This document shows, one piece after another, positions 16,796-27,345 of a stretch of 64,000 nt of DNA. Location: positions 124,001 through 188,000 of IMG/VR virus record IMGVR_UViG_3300027736_001324; one strand, written 5' to 3'. A model generated the notes under the pieces. The model was not told the DNA's origin and did not search any database. It worked only from the letters and a program-made list of their open reading frames with translations. Within the stretch, counting starts at the first letter, position 1; every line of letters starts with the position of its first letter. A program made the translations under genes and the position numbers.

Positions 16796-18218
16796 AAAAC
16801 AATTAGAATACACATCTGATGTTCAGAAGCTGTTTCTGAGGATGATGATTACAAACGCGGAATTGTATACCCGTGTTATGAATATTATGAATAGCGAGAA
16901 TTTTGATCGTTCGCTAAAACCAGTGGCTGAATTATTTAAAACACATACCGACAAATATAGAGTATTACCGGACTCTACACAAATTAAAGCAACAACCGGA
17001 ATAGATATTGACCCTATCCCAGAATTGAATGAAGGTCATTATGAATGGTTCTTTGACGAATTTGAATCATTTACCAAAAGACAAGAATTAGAACGTGCTA
17101 TTCTTAAGGCAGCAGACTTACTTGAGAAGGGTGATTTTGAACCAGTTGAAAAACTAATCAAAGATGCGGTACAAATTAGTTTACAAAGAGACATGGGTAC
17201 AGATTACTTTGCTGATCCTAAAGGTCGTATCAACAAATATTTTAATAGTGGTGGACAAGTATCAACAGGCTGGCCACAAATGGATCGTATTTTGTATGGT
17301 GGCATGAGTAGAGGTGAATTGAATATCTTTGCAGGTGGTTCAGGTTCAGGTAAATCACTTGTGATGATGAACATTGCATTAAGCTGGTTACAAATGGGAT
17401 TGAGTGGTGCATATATTACCCTGGAATTGAGTGAAGAATTAACATCGTTGCGTACAGATGCAATGTTAACCATGATGGGTACAAAAGCAATTCGTAAAGA
17501 TATTGATACAACAGAACTTAGAGTTAAGATAGCAGGTAAGAAGTCTGGAAAGTATCGGGTTAAAGCATTACCGGCACAAAGCAATGTAAATGATATTCGT
17601 GCTTATTTAAAAGAGGTGCAAATTCAAACTGGTATTAAAATTGACTTTGTTATGATTGATTACTTAGATTTGGTTATGCCAGTGTCTATTAATGTTAGCC
17701 CCACTGATCAGTTTATTAAAGATAAGTATGTAGCAGAAGAATTGCGTAATTTAGCAAAGGAACTTGGTGTCTTGTTAGTTACCGCAAGTCAGTTAAATCG
17801 TAGTGCTGTTGACGAACAAGAATTTGACCATAGTCATATTGCAGGCGGTATCAGTAAGATTAACACAGCAGATAACGTGTTTGGTATCTTCACAAGTCGC
17901 AGTATGCGTGAGCGTGGCAAGTATCAGATTCAATGTATGAAAAGTCGTAGTTCAACTGGCGTAGGAATGAAGATTGATTTAGAATATGATGTTGAGACTA
18001 TGCGTATCAGTGACCCCGGGGTCGATGGTGAACAGAGTTACACACCAAAGCCAAGCGCAAATGACATAATGAGTACATTAAAACCACAAGCTACAGTTAC
18101 AGATTATACTGTTGATCAAAGTACTGAAGAAATAACATTAGAACCGTTGACTAGAACAGTTCATGCTGAAATACAGGGATCAAAATTTAAGACATTGTTG
18201 AATTCCTTAAAGAAATAA
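16776..18218 (+). CDS. replicative DnaB-family helicase (gp41-like)
   Basis: GGSGSGKS, ITLELSE, IDYLDL and TASQLNR motifs; TTG start. Confidence 0.92.
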   Translation: MAKQESKKQLEYTSDVQKLFLRMMITNAELYTRVMNIMNSENFDRSLKPVAELFKTHTDKYRVLPDSTQIKATTGIDIDPIPELNEGHYEWFFDEFESFTKRQELERAILKAADLLEKGDFEPVEKLIKDAVQISLQRDMGTDYFADPKGRINKYFNSGGQVSTGWPQMDRILYGGMSRGELNIFAGGSGSGKSLVMMNIALSWLQMGLSGAYITLELSEELTSLRTDAMLTMMGTKAIRKDIDTTELRVKIAGKKSGKYRVKALPAQSNVNDIRAYLKEVQIQTGIKIDFVMIDYLDLVMPVSINVSPTDQFIKDKYVAEELRNLAKELGVLLVTASQLNRSAVDEQEFDHSHIAGGISKINTADNVFGIFTSRSMRERGKYQIQCMKSRSSTGVGMKIDLEYDVETMRISDPGVDGEQSYTPKPSANDIMSTLKPQATVTDYTVDQSTEEITLEPLTRTVHAEIQGSKFKTLLNSLKK

Positions 18219-18256
18219 TTATACCATACACGCATAAATACTAGTAGGATAATTAT

Positions 18257-18505
18257 ATGCAAAAACAAACCCGCTCCCTCTTGCAGGAATTAGAAGCACT
18301 CGGCAATAACCGCGATACAAGTCACATTATTGAAAGTAGGGCTCATAATATCATAACCAGTGCTATTAATTTACTTGAGTTGATTAATAAGCATTACCCT
18401 GAAGAACAGGCGCAAATATTAGAGCGAAAACTATTAAGTGCTATTAAGAGCAAAGACCAGCAGAGATTTTCTAAATCATTAAGGAAAAACCGTGAACCTA
18501 TCTGA
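18257..18505 (+). CDS. late hypothetical protein
   Basis: CATAAATA at 18233; AGGA RBS. Confidence 0.7.
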   Translation: MQKQTRSLLQELEALGNNRDTSHIIESRAHNIITSAINLLELINKHYPEEQAQILERKLLSAIKSKDQQRFSKSLRKNREPI

Positions 18506-19691
18506 ATCGTTAGCGATACTTAGAGACAAAGTAGATAAAATTGCCTCTTTGAAAGAAGATAAGGGACACCTAGATCATCCTGAAGATTTAATATTTTTGG
18601 GAGGAAGTCAGGGTGCAAATCGTGCATTACAAGCAAGTATAGCTACCGTAAAGAATCCCAAGACTGTTACTATTAAGTGGGACGGATATCCTGCATTGAT
18701 ATTTGGCCGTAATAGTCGTGGACAGTTTAGTATTATGGACAAGCATATGTTCAACAAGAAAGACGGGTCAGGTAGACAAGTATTCAGTCCAGAACAGTTT
18801 ATGCAATATGACCAAGCCAGGGGCGTAGACCGTTCAGGTCTACACTCATTAATGGCAGAGATTTGGCCAGGGCTAGCAAAATCATCTAGTGGCGGTAAAG
18901 GTTATTATTGGGGGGATTTGTTATTCAGTCAACCATTATCAGAAAAGAACGGTATCTACATGTTCAAAGCGAATCCCAAAGGCATTACGTATAAAGTAAA
19001 TGCCGAAAGTGATTTAGGTAAATTAATGGCTGGCAAGCAAGCTGGTATCGCTGTGCATCAATATCTAGCACCTAATGCCATGACAACAGATGATGCTAGT
19101 ACATTAGATGGAACTATAGGGCAGCTAAAGAATAATAGCAATGTTGCTATTGTCCCTAGTGCTATGCCTATTACCCCCAAGATGAAAATCAACACATCTT
19201 TAGTTAAAAGTACTCAAAATGCTATTAAAAGTTACGGAGCATTAGTGGATCAATTTATGGATAATGCCCCCCAAGCACGTAATTCATTTAATCAATTGTT
19301 TACAGTATTCATTAACAAACGAATCGTAGAGGGTAACTTAAATGATTTAGCACAAGGCTTTATGGATTTTGTAAAAGCTAGACCCATGACAGAACCTATG
19401 CGTAAGAAATTGTTAGGATACACTACATTAGATCCAAAGACAAAGAAAGAAGTACTTGTTCCTGGATACTTACAACAGAATGCCGAAGCAATTAAGGGGG
19501 CATTTACTATTTGGGTAGAGATGTACAAGTTAAAAATGTCTATCGTAGAACAGCTTAATCAAGCAGCAAAAGAATCCCCGGTCAAAGGATATTTAGATGA
19601 TGGTACTGAAACACATGAGGGTTTTGTATCTAATGGCTTAAAATTCGTTGATAGAATGGGTTTTAGTCGCCAAAATCTAGCCGGCCGCTAA
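18492..19691 (+). CDS. putative RNA-ligase/covalent nucleotidyltransferase-fold protein (DUF6267-like)
   Basis: HLDHPED, motif I TIKWDG, motif IV HEGFV, motif V KFVDR; N-terminal LSE/LKE leader. Confidence 0.6.
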   Translation: MNLSESLAILRDKVDKIASLKEDKGHLDHPEDLIFLGGSQGANRALQASIATVKNPKTVTIKWDGYPALIFGRNSRGQFSIMDKHMFNKKDGSGRQVFSPEQFMQYDQARGVDRSGLHSLMAEIWPGLAKSSSGGKGYYWGDLLFSQPLSEKNGIYMFKANPKGITYKVNAESDLGKLMAGKQAGIAVHQYLAPNAMTTDDASTLDGTIGQLKNNSNVAIVPSAMPITPKMKINTSLVKSTQNAIKSYGALVDQFMDNAPQARNSFNQLFTVFINKRIVEGNLNDLAQGFMDFVKARPMTEPMRKKLLGYTTLDPKTKKEVLVPGYLQQNAEAIKGAFTIWVEMYKLKMSIVEQLNQAAKESPVKGYLDDGTETHEGFVSNGLKFVDRMGFSRQNLAGR

Positions 19692-19772
19692 GCCAAATCC
19701 GTGTTTTTTTTAGTTCTGGCATAAATAAGTGTATGAAGCAGTAGGCTTCAACTTATTTAAAGGCATTTCAAA

Positions 19773-20162
19773 ATGGCACAATTTACAAAAACAAACGGTG
19801 ACTTTCTACCGGTAATCAACTTTGATTCATTCTCATACACCAACAGTGGTGCAAACGCAGTTAGTTCTGCTGCTACAGTACAACCTCAAGGTCCTAAACT
19901 AGACTTCTTCACAGTTACAGCAGCTAGTTCAGGTGCTTTCTCTGGTACTCAAGTTAGCTTGATCATCCAAGCTACACAACAATTAGCTACAGTTTACATC
20001 TATGAGTTTACAACTGCGGGTCCTGATACATTGGCAATGGCTGTGTATCCAACTGGCGCTTGGACAACTACTACATTGAACGCAGCTATCATTGCTGAAT
20101 TGACAGCAGGTGGTGTTGCTAACACAACTGTTACTACAGCTACAGCTACATTCACAGGTTAA
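19773..20162 (+). CDS. putative abundant virion structural protein
   Basis: late box at 19720, own terminator, Thr/Ala-rich composition. Confidence 0.65.
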   Translation: MAQFTKTNGDFLPVINFDSFSYTNSGANAVSSAATVQPQGPKLDFFTVTAASSGAFSGTQVSLIIQATQQLATVYIYEFTTAGPDTLAMAVYPTGAWTTTTLNAAIIAELTAGGVANTTVTTATATFTG

Positions 20163-20175
20163 TCAATATCTGTAT

Positions 20176-20205
20176 AAAAAACCCTAGATTTTCTAGGGTT
20201 TTTTT
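20176..20205 (+). terminator. rho-independent terminator
   Basis: AAAAAACCCTAGA-TTT-TCTAGGGTTTTTTT. Confidence 0.85.
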
Positions 20206-20224
20206 ACCTCTGTTAAATAGTAGT

Positions 20225-20671
20225 ATGAGTTACATTATCTCTTGCTATACCCTATTTGATATCACGCAAACTAATGTACCAAACCGCCATCGTCCTGATA
20301 TGGACAAAGAATGGCATCATAAACGCAATACACAAAGTAATTTTGACACGGTGCAACAAGCAATCTCATTACGTAGCCAGCCCGATGTTGTTCGTATCCC
20401 TGAAAAAATAGAAATAAGATTTGACGAATTCACTGAGTTTGGGTTCTTATTTGAGCAACAAGATAAAGAGACTTATCCATGCTGGAACTTTGATTTTGCG
20501 GTACAACATCCTAGTGTGTTTTATGATGGTGTAACTGAATTGGGAGCATTATATAGAGATTGTGACCAAGTACCAATGATTAAATGCCATACTGAATGGG
20601 ACCAACTCCCCACATTCTTAGATACTAGCGATGAGTTGAGAAATATATATTTTAAAGTGTTAACCAAATGA
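20225..20671 (+). CDS. hypothetical protein
   Basis: CYTLFDIT...RNTQSNFDTVQQAISLRSQP; late box 5 nt before the ATG. Confidence 0.75.
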   Translation: MSYIISCYTLFDITQTNVPNRHRPDMDKEWHHKRNTQSNFDTVQQAISLRSQPDVVRIPEKIEIRFDEFTEFGFLFEQQDKETYPCWNFDFAVQHPSVFYDGVTELGALYRDCDQVPMIKCHTEWDQLPTFLDTSDELRNIYFKVLTK

Positions 20672-21141
20672 TAAGCGACAAACTACTGCACAAATTTACA
20701 AAAACAATATCCAATCAAGAAATGGAAAAATTAAGCGAATTAACTATAATTCAAGGCCCGGAAGGTTCTTATTTTCTATTCAATCAATATGCAATTAAAA
20801 AAAACAATGATTGTTATATAGTGGAAAAAGATAATATAGCAGGAACCAAATCATTCAATGTGTTAAAAAACGCAGTATCTTGGTGTACATTTGATAAACG
20901 AAACAGTATATATGAATCCAATCGGATTTTAGATTTAGACAATAGATTATCTAGTGTAGATACTGAGATTCAATTGCATCAAAAATTGGTAAAAAAGTCC
21001 AAAAATTTAGAAGAAAAATTGATTTACCTAGCTAAATTGGGTGAAGAAAAGATGGAACGCAAGCAGATAGCCGACGAATTAGCAGGTTATGTGAATAGTT
21101 CCAGAATTTGGCAAGACAAACGATTTAACAAATCCGCATAA
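20668..21141 (+). CDS. hypothetical protein with coiled-coil C-terminus
   Basis: ATGA overlap; 157 aa. Confidence 0.7.
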   Translation: MISDKLLHKFTKTISNQEMEKLSELTIIQGPEGSYFLFNQYAIKKNNDCYIVEKDNIAGTKSFNVLKNAVSWCTFDKRNSIYESNRILDLDNRLSSVDTEIQLHQKLVKKSKNLEEKLIYLAKLGEEKMERKQIADELAGYVNSSRIWQDKRFNKSA

Positions 21142-21189
21142 TAACGAAAGAAAAGATAAATATATTATATATTTCTCTGGAATACAAAT

Positions 21190-21900
21190 ATGAAACTAAC
21201 TGAATTAAACCACAATCGCCGCTCTTTCTCTACTAAAGTATTGAAAGAACAGTACGAAACCTCATTTAACGTAGATGGTATGTCCATGTCATCTACCCGC
21301 ACTATGCTTCAAAAAGTACGTGGGTTACTGAGTGAGTCAAAGCAATCTCCTGACTATCATAATAGTCAATCATCAAATTCTTATATGAAATTGGTGTTCA
21401 TGGAGCAAGCACTTAGTGACCACTACAACGAACTACGTTCACTTCCACAGCCAAGAATCATGGTTGAGAATGAAGAAGTTGAGAAGTCACAAGTTGTATT
21501 AGCAGCGCAAGACATGGTAGACCAAGTACAGAAGATGCTTGAAGATGTAGGTCAGATGCAAGTTAAAGAATTGCCTGCGTTAGTATCAAGCATTGAAAGC
21601 GAAATTGGTGTTAACGAAAGTCAAACATACAATGATCAAGTTTCAGGTCAATTAGATACATTATCTGCTTCATTGAAAGAAGCATCAACTGCATTAAAAA
21701 ATGCGTTGAATGGTTTAACTGGTCAAGCAGTAGACGCAGCATTTGATGCTGGTGCTGACATGGGTGCAGAAGCAGGGGTAGATGCTGGCATGGACGCAGG
21801 CATGGATGCTGGTGCTGATATGAGTATGGGTGATGTTCCCCCTCCTGCTGAAGAACCAGATATGCCCCCATCAGGTGGTGTTGGTAGAGCAAAGAGATAA
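21190..21900 (+). CDS. putative prohead core/internal head protein
   Basis: GATAAATA at 21155; LTE, LKE, LSE and MVE motifs; coiled coil and acidic AGMD-repeat tail. Confidence 0.6.
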   Translation: MKLTELNHNRRSFSTKVLKEQYETSFNVDGMSMSSTRTMLQKVRGLLSESKQSPDYHNSQSSNSYMKLVFMEQALSDHYNELRSLPQPRIMVENEEVEKSQVVLAAQDMVDQVQKMLEDVGQMQVKELPALVSSIESEIGVNESQTYNDQVSGQLDTLSASLKEASTALKNALNGLTGQAVDAAFDAGADMGAEAGVDAGMDAGMDAGADMSMGDVPPPAEEPDMPPSGGVGRAKR

Positions 21901-21901
21901 T

Positions 21902-22234
21902 ATGTTTCTCTTTGAACTTGCTGATCCGGCGAGTGCTAAACTTATCGTTCTTGTCAATCAACTTAAAACTGATTTAGATAACGGTATAATAGATCCTAGT
22001 AGTTACACGACGGACGAGTTTTTAACTTATCTACAAGATAAAGGTGATATTGTTTTAGATGTCACCGACTTGTATGATATGATAAAGAACCCTCCTTTAA
22101 ATACTGTAATTAAAAATATTCAAGGTGATCAGATTATCTTCAAAGGACATGATGAGACTCCGGAAAATCCAGATCAATCACAAAGTCAACAAGTTGTACA
22201 ACAAATGGCACAAAGTGCTATGCCAACACAATGA
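21902..22234 (+). CDS. hypothetical protein (true start 21902)
   Basis: starts MFLFEL one base after the previous stop; ATGA overlap with iscA. Confidence 0.65.
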   Translation: MFLFELADPASAKLIVLVNQLKTDLDNGIIDPSSYTTDEFLTYLQDKGDIVLDVTDLYDMIKNPPLNTVIKNIQGDQIIFKGHDETPENPDQSQSQQVVQQMAQSAMPTQ

Positions 22235-22551
22235 TAACTGTTACAGATAAAGCAACAAACAAAGTAAAACAAACTCTTGCAAAAAGAGGCAAAGGATTAG
22301 GAATTAGAATAGGTGTCAAAACGACAGGCTGTTCTGGTTTAGCCTATGTTCTTGAATATGTTGATCAACCAATGTCAGAAGATATAAAGATTGATTGTGA
22401 TGGGTGCTCATTATATGTTGATCCAAAAAGTTGTGCTTATCTTCAAGGGATGACAATAGATTATGTCCGCAATGGACTTAATGAGGGTTTTGAATTTCGT
22501 AACCCTAACGAACGTGATAGATGCGGGTGTGGAGAAAGTTTCCGAATCTAA
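22231..22551 (+). CDS. iscA: iron-sulfur cluster assembly accessory protein IscA (HesB family)
   Basis: TTGCSGLAY and CGCGESF motifs. Confidence 0.95.
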   Translation: MITVTDKATNKVKQTLAKRGKGLGIRIGVKTTGCSGLAYVLEYVDQPMSEDIKIDCDGCSLYVDPKSCAYLQGMTIDYVRNGLNEGFEFRNPNERDRCGCGESFRI

Positions 22552-22580
22552 TTGACATTAGTATTATAATCAACTATAAT
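22552..22580 (+). promoter_or_regulatory. sigma70 promoter for the exonuclease
   Basis: TTGACA-17 bp-TATAAT; ATG 8 nt downstream. Confidence 0.75.
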
Positions 22581-22588
22581 TTACTATA

Positions 22589-23275
22589 ATGTACAATCCA
22601 AACAAATACAACTATATACTCATGAGCAGGGTAGAAATTGAAGGCAAACGTAGATATGCTACACCAGATGGTGAGAAACTTCCAAGCGTTACAACAATAC
22701 TAGACGCAACCAAGTCAGAAGAAAGTAAACAAGCATTACATAACTGGCGCAAACGAGTTGGTGTTCAAAAAGCACAAGAGATTACAACTGAGGCAGCAGG
22801 ACGTGGCACACGTATGCACAAGTTTCTTGAGGATTATATCAAGACAGGTATAGTTACTGAGCCTGGCAGCAATCCCTACAGTATTCAAAGTCACAAAATG
22901 GCAAAGCAAATTATTGAACAGGGATTAGTGAAATGTAACGAATACTGGGGAACAGAAGTTCCTTTATACTTCCCTAAAATCTATGCAGGCACAACTGACT
23001 TGTGCGGGGTGCATGATGGAAGTGATGCTATTATGGACCACAAACAATCTAACAAATTCAAAAAGCGTGAGTGGATTGACGATTACTTTATTCAACTAGC
23101 AGCGTATGCCAATGCTCACAATGAAGTACACGGGACTAAGATACGCAAAGGCGTCATTTTTATGTGTACCGCTGATGTTGTTTATCAGGAATTCATCATT
23201 GAAGGTACTGAATTTGACAAGTATAGTGACATGTGGTTTAAGCGGGTAGAGCAATACTATATGAAATTTGTATAG
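22589..23275 (+). CDS. PD-(D/E)XK exonuclease
   Basis: PSVTTIL, RGTRMH, AGTTD...IMDHKQS and QLAAYA motifs. Confidence 0.85.
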   Translation: MYNPNKYNYILMSRVEIEGKRRYATPDGEKLPSVTTILDATKSEESKQALHNWRKRVGVQKAQEITTEAAGRGTRMHKFLEDYIKTGIVTEPGSNPYSIQSHKMAKQIIEQGLVKCNEYWGTEVPLYFPKIYAGTTDLCGVHDGSDAIMDHKQSNKFKKREWIDDYFIQLAAYANAHNEVHGTKIRKGVIFMCTADVVYQEFIIEGTEFDKYSDMWFKRVEQYYMKFV

Positions 23276-23326
23276 CGGTTAAGTCAATATTATGATAAAT
23301 AAGTGTAAACGTGAAGAATTACACTT

Positions 23327-26300
23327 ATGGCCATAGTACAAATCTCAAAGATACAGCAAAGAGCAGGTAACCTAGTTGACTTACCACAGCTAGACAACGG
23401 TGAATTTGGCTGGGCAACTGATGAAAATAGACTTTTCATTGGAAGAACCGGAAACACTTATGCAGATGAGAATATTGAGGTATTAACTTCATATTCCAAT
23501 ATAAGTTTTAGTCAAATTAACGGTAGTGATGGTGGCAACTTTAACATAACCGTACCATTGAATGGACAAATATTGACATATGTATCAAGTACCGATACAT
23601 GGGAAAACTACACCGGATTAAATTCACAACTCGGTGGTGCCAAACTTAAATTAGGTAATGTATCAAATATTTCAATGACCGGTGGGGCCATTGGATATAT
23701 CTTAGAAACAGACGGGTTAGGAAATCTTTCTTGGACTCCTAAGAATACATTGTATACTACAATCAAAGGATTAACAAACAACATTACTGGTAATATTGTT
23801 ACTATGACAGTTTCTAATTTGACCCCATATACCAATGGACAGATTGTAACTATTACTAGTGCAACAATTACTAATTCCGGGGCAAATTCAAATATTAATG
23901 GTCATACATTTTATTTAAAATTAAATGGGGATTACGCTACCTCAGGCAATGTAGTATTATATACTGATTTAGGATTAACAGCAACTGCCAATGGTGCAGG
24001 ATTGTTAACGTATGTAGCGAATTCTGGAATAGCCACTGCTGCATTAGGTGGTAGTGGCAGTGGAGTAGTAGGTGGTTCAAATACTACTGTACAGTTTAAT
24101 GATCAAAATATTTCAAATGGTGTTGCTGCGTTTACCTTTGATAAAAACACAACTACATTAACCGTTTCTTCTGGCAATGTTGTTGCTGGAAACATTAATG
24201 CGGTCACCGCAGTTACTGGTCCAGTAATAGTTTCAAACGTTGCTGTTGGCACAGCCCCACTAACTGTAACAAGTACAACACTTGTTCCTAATTTGTTTGT
24301 AGCTAGGTCAAATGTTTCTGAATATGCTAATACTGCGTTAACAACCACTGGAACTTGGTATCCGTTATTTGTAAACGCAACGTCGGGAAATTTAGCACAA
24401 GGTGCAAATGCCAATCTATCATTCAATGCTTCAACCGGTAATTTAACTACTACATTATTAAATGTAACTGGTAATGCCAATACTGGTAATTTGGGTACAA
24501 CTACATTGGTTGCTACAACAGGTAATATCACTACTATCAACAGTGGATTGATGAAGAATAGTACAAGTAATATTACCATTGCATCCGCCGGCAATGTTTC
24601 TACCTTTATTGGTGGCAATGCTACTGCACAATTTGTAGTTACTTCAACTGGCGCAAATATACCAGGTACTGCTAATGTTGTTACCTTAGTTACATCAACT
24701 GCAACAATTACAACAGGTAATATTACTACTATTAATAGTGGATTAATGCAAAACGGCAATAGCAATATTACCATTACTGCTAATGCCAATATCTCTCACT
24801 TTGTCACTGGTAATACTACTAGTCAATTGACTGTAACTGCAACTGGTGCAAATATACCCGGTACTGCTAACGTTGGTGGTAACGCTAACGTTGGTAATTT
24901 AGGAACTGCACAAGTATTGGCAAGTGCTAATATTACTACCCCGCAATTCATATCTAATGTAGCTACTGGTACTGCTCCATTAAGTGTACAAAGTACAACT
25001 GTAGTTCCTAATTTATATGTGGCAAGGTCTAATGTATCAGAATATGGTAATGTTGTATCACAAACCGCAGGCACTTTCTATCCAACAATGGTCAGTGCTA
25101 GCGCAAGTGCTAATTATCAGTTAGGTAGTAATGTTAATTTATCATTTGCTGTCAATACGGGTACATTGAGTGCCACATTATTTACAGGTACATTAACAAC
25201 AGCAGCACAACCAAATATTACAAGTGTTGGTACATTAACTTCATTGACTGTTTCAGGTAATATCAATAGCACAGGTAATATAAATGCTAATTATATTGTA
25301 GGGAATGATGCTTACCAAGGTGGACTAAATATAGTAGGAAAGATAGGAGCTGCAGGTGATTCTGAACAAGGTGGATCAATTGGCATACAAGGTGGTAATG
25401 GCAATTCATCAGGAGTTACCATCGGCGGAGTAGTTACTCTTTCCGGTGGGGCTGCTTCTGCAAATGGACTTGGGGGCTATGTAGGCTTAGTAGGTGGTTT
25501 GGGCGCAGGCACCGGAGCGTTCATTCAAGCAAACGGCGGATCCTCTAATTCTTCTAGCAGCGGCGGTGACTTGATATTAAGAGGCGGTGCAGGAAGAGGC
25601 ACTAACACAAACGGCGGTATCATTACTATTACAGGTGGAATAGGAACTGGTACAGGAACACCCGGCAACGTAGCAATTCGTGTAGCTGCTGCAATTGCAT
25701 CTGGTAGTGCAAACCAAACTGCAGCCAATGTTGTAGTATTTTCTTCATCAGGTATTACATTTGCTGCCAACGGAAACATAACACAAAGTGGTGCATCATC
25801 ACAAATATCAGGTGCAAATTTAGTAAGTGCCAGTTACTTAACCGGTACATTAACAACAGCAGCACAACCAAATATTACAAGTACAGGTACATTAACAAGT
25901 TTGGCGGTAACAGGTAATATAACAAACGGCAATGTTACTGGTGGTAATCTAGTTAGTGCCAGTTACTTAACCGGTACATTAACAACAGCAGCACAACCAA
26001 ATATTACAAGTACAGGTACATTAACAAGTTTGGCGGTAACAGGTAATATAACAAACGGCAATGTTACTGGTGGTAATCTAGTTAGTGCCAGTTACTTAAC
26101 CGGTACATTAACAACAGCAGCACAGCCAAACATCACTAGTGTAAGTACATCATTCACTAACCTTACCTTTGCCAATGCACAAACAATCAGCGGCAATAAT
26201 ATGACACTTACTACTGGTGCAAATACGCTTCTTGGAACCATTACAGGCAACTGGTCATTAAGTGCCGGTAGTAAATTACAAGCAACATACGCTGACTTGG

Positions 26301-26656
26301 CAGAATACTATGAATCAGATAAATCATACGAACCTGGTACTGTAGTAGAGTTTGGCGGTGAAAAAGAAGTTACAATAGCTGAAGATGGCACAACAAGAGT
26401 TGCTGGGGTAGTATCAACTAACCCAGCCTATGTAATGAATTCACAATGCCAGGGTGAACATGTTGTTGCTGTAGCATTGCAAGGACGTGTGCCATGTAAA
26501 GTTCGTGGAACAATACATAAGGGCGATATGCTTGTAAGCGGCGGCAATGGATTTGCTAGACCATCTCAATTACCTGTAATGGGAATGGTAATCGGAAAAT
26601 CACTAGAAAACTTTGAAGGTGAAGGCGTTATTGAAGTAGCGGTTGGCAGACTTTAA
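23327..26656 (+). CDS. tail fibre/virion fibre protein with C-terminal intramolecular-chaperone-like domain
   Basis: N-terminal LPQLDNGEFGWATDENRLFIG; AQPNITS repeats; C-terminal YADLAEYY...VALQGRVPCKV; late box at 23294. Confidence 0.82.
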   Translation: MAIVQISKIQQRAGNLVDLPQLDNGEFGWATDENRLFIGRTGNTYADENIEVLTSYSNISFSQINGSDGGNFNITVPLNGQILTYVSSTDTWENYTGLNSQLGGAKLKLGNVSNISMTGGAIGYILETDGLGNLSWTPKNTLYTTIKGLTNNITGNIVTMTVSNLTPYTNGQIVTITSATITNSGANSNINGHTFYLKLNGDYATSGNVVLYTDLGLTATANGAGLLTYVANSGIATAALGGSGSGVVGGSNTTVQFNDQNISNGVAAFTFDKNTTTLTVSSGNVVAGNINAVTAVTGPVIVSNVAVGTAPLTVTSTTLVPNLFVARSNVSEYANTALTTTGTWYPLFVNATSGNLAQGANANLSFNASTGNLTTTLLNVTGNANTGNLGTTTLVATTGNITTINSGLMKNSTSNITIASAGNVSTFIGGNATAQFVVTSTGANIPGTANVVTLVTSTATITTGNITTINSGLMQNGNSNITITANANISHFVTGNTTSQLTVTATGANIPGTANVGGNANVGNLGTAQVLASANITTPQFISNVATGTAPLSVQSTTVVPNLYVARSNVSEYGNVVSQTAGTFYPTMVSASASANYQLGSNVNLSFAVNTGTLSATLFTGTLTTAAQPNITSVGTLTSLTVSGNINSTGNINANYIVGNDAYQGGLNIVGKIGAAGDSEQGGSIGIQGGNGNSSGVTIGGVVTLSGGAASANGLGGYVGLVGGLGAGTGAFIQANGGSSNSSSSGGDLILRGGAGRGTNTNGGIITITGGIGTGTGTPGNVAIRVAAAIASGSANQTAANVVVFSSSGITFAANGNITQSGASSQISGANLVSASYLTGTLTTAAQPNITSTGTLTSLAVTGNITNGNVTGGNLVSASYLTGTLTTAAQPNITSTGTLTSLAVTGNITNGNVTGGNLVSASYLTGTLTTAAQPNITSVSTSFTNLTFANAQTISGNNMTLTTGANTLLGTITGNWSLSAGSKLQATYADLAEYYESDKSYEPGTVVEFGGEKEVTIAEDGTTRVAGVVSTNPAYVMNSQCQGEHVVAVALQGRVPCKVRGTIHKGDMLVSGGNGFARPSQLPVMGMVIGKSLENFEGEGVIEVAVGRL
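25826..26123 (+). repeat. perfect 129-bp (43-aa) tandem repeat, about 2.3 copies
   Basis: units start at 25826, 25955 and 26084. Confidence 0.9.
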
Positions 26657-26683
26657 TAATAAATAAGATATAGGAATAATAAA

Positions 26684-27241
26684 ATGACAACATACGCATA
26701 TACAGCAAACATTGCAACACCGGCAGCTTCAGCAAACATTGCAACAGATAAAGTAAGAATAGCCACTTCTAATGCAGCTATTCAATATACTACTAGTTTC
26801 CCTAATGTAGCATTAACCGGTAATGTAACTTGTGCTACTAATACTAGTACAGTAACTGGAGTGGGAACATTATTTTTAACCGAATTGGGAATTGGATATT
26901 GGATAGGCAATACTGCCGGAAACTCAGCCGGCATTGTTAAAGCAATTGCTAATAATACTAGTTTAACACTAACAGCAAATGCTTCTGTGGCAATAGCAAA
27001 TACTACCGCAAGATATAGTCCATATGGTGTTCCGTATACTGTAGCAAATGCCAATAGCGAAGTTATTCCTGCAAACACTGTAGAAAATAGTATCATAGTA
27101 GGACAAGGTAATATTGTATCTTACTTAACATTAGCCGGTGCTAATTCTATATTCAGTATTACTGAATTGGGCATGCCTCATTCTAATACGGGTACATCAG
27201 GTATATTGGCAACCCCTGTTAATGGTGGTCCAAAGAAGTAA
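26684..27241 (+). CDS. putative virion structural protein
   Basis: late box at 26658; Thr/Ala/Asn-rich with TVTGVGTLF module. Confidence 0.7.
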   Translation: MTTYAYTANIATPAASANIATDKVRIATSNAAIQYTTSFPNVALTGNVTCATNTSTVTGVGTLFLTELGIGYWIGNTAGNSAGIVKAIANNTSLTLTANASVAIANTTARYSPYGVPYTVANANSEVIPANTVENSIIVGQGNIVSYLTLAGANSIFSITELGMPHSNTGTSGILATPVNGGPKK

Positions 27242-27272
27242 ATTTTACTCCTTAAGATAAATATATAATACA

Positions 27273-27326
27273 TTCGCATTCGGCGAGTTTATGCGGTCCC
27301 CGCCGCGTAGTGACTAGAACTCACTA
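27273..27326 (+). ncRNA. candidate structured 5'-UTR cis-regulatory RNA
   Basis: GC-rich island with three hairpins and an alternative pairing, between late box 27256 and ATG 27346. Confidence 0.45.
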
Positions 27327-27345
27327 ATATTTCAAGGAGAAACAA

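Noticed and set aside
22589-23275. Cas4 or CRISPR association of the PD-(D/E)XK nuclease
   Set aside because: It lacks the four-Cys Fe-S pattern of Cas4, and no array is nearby. It is a typical phage exonuclease.
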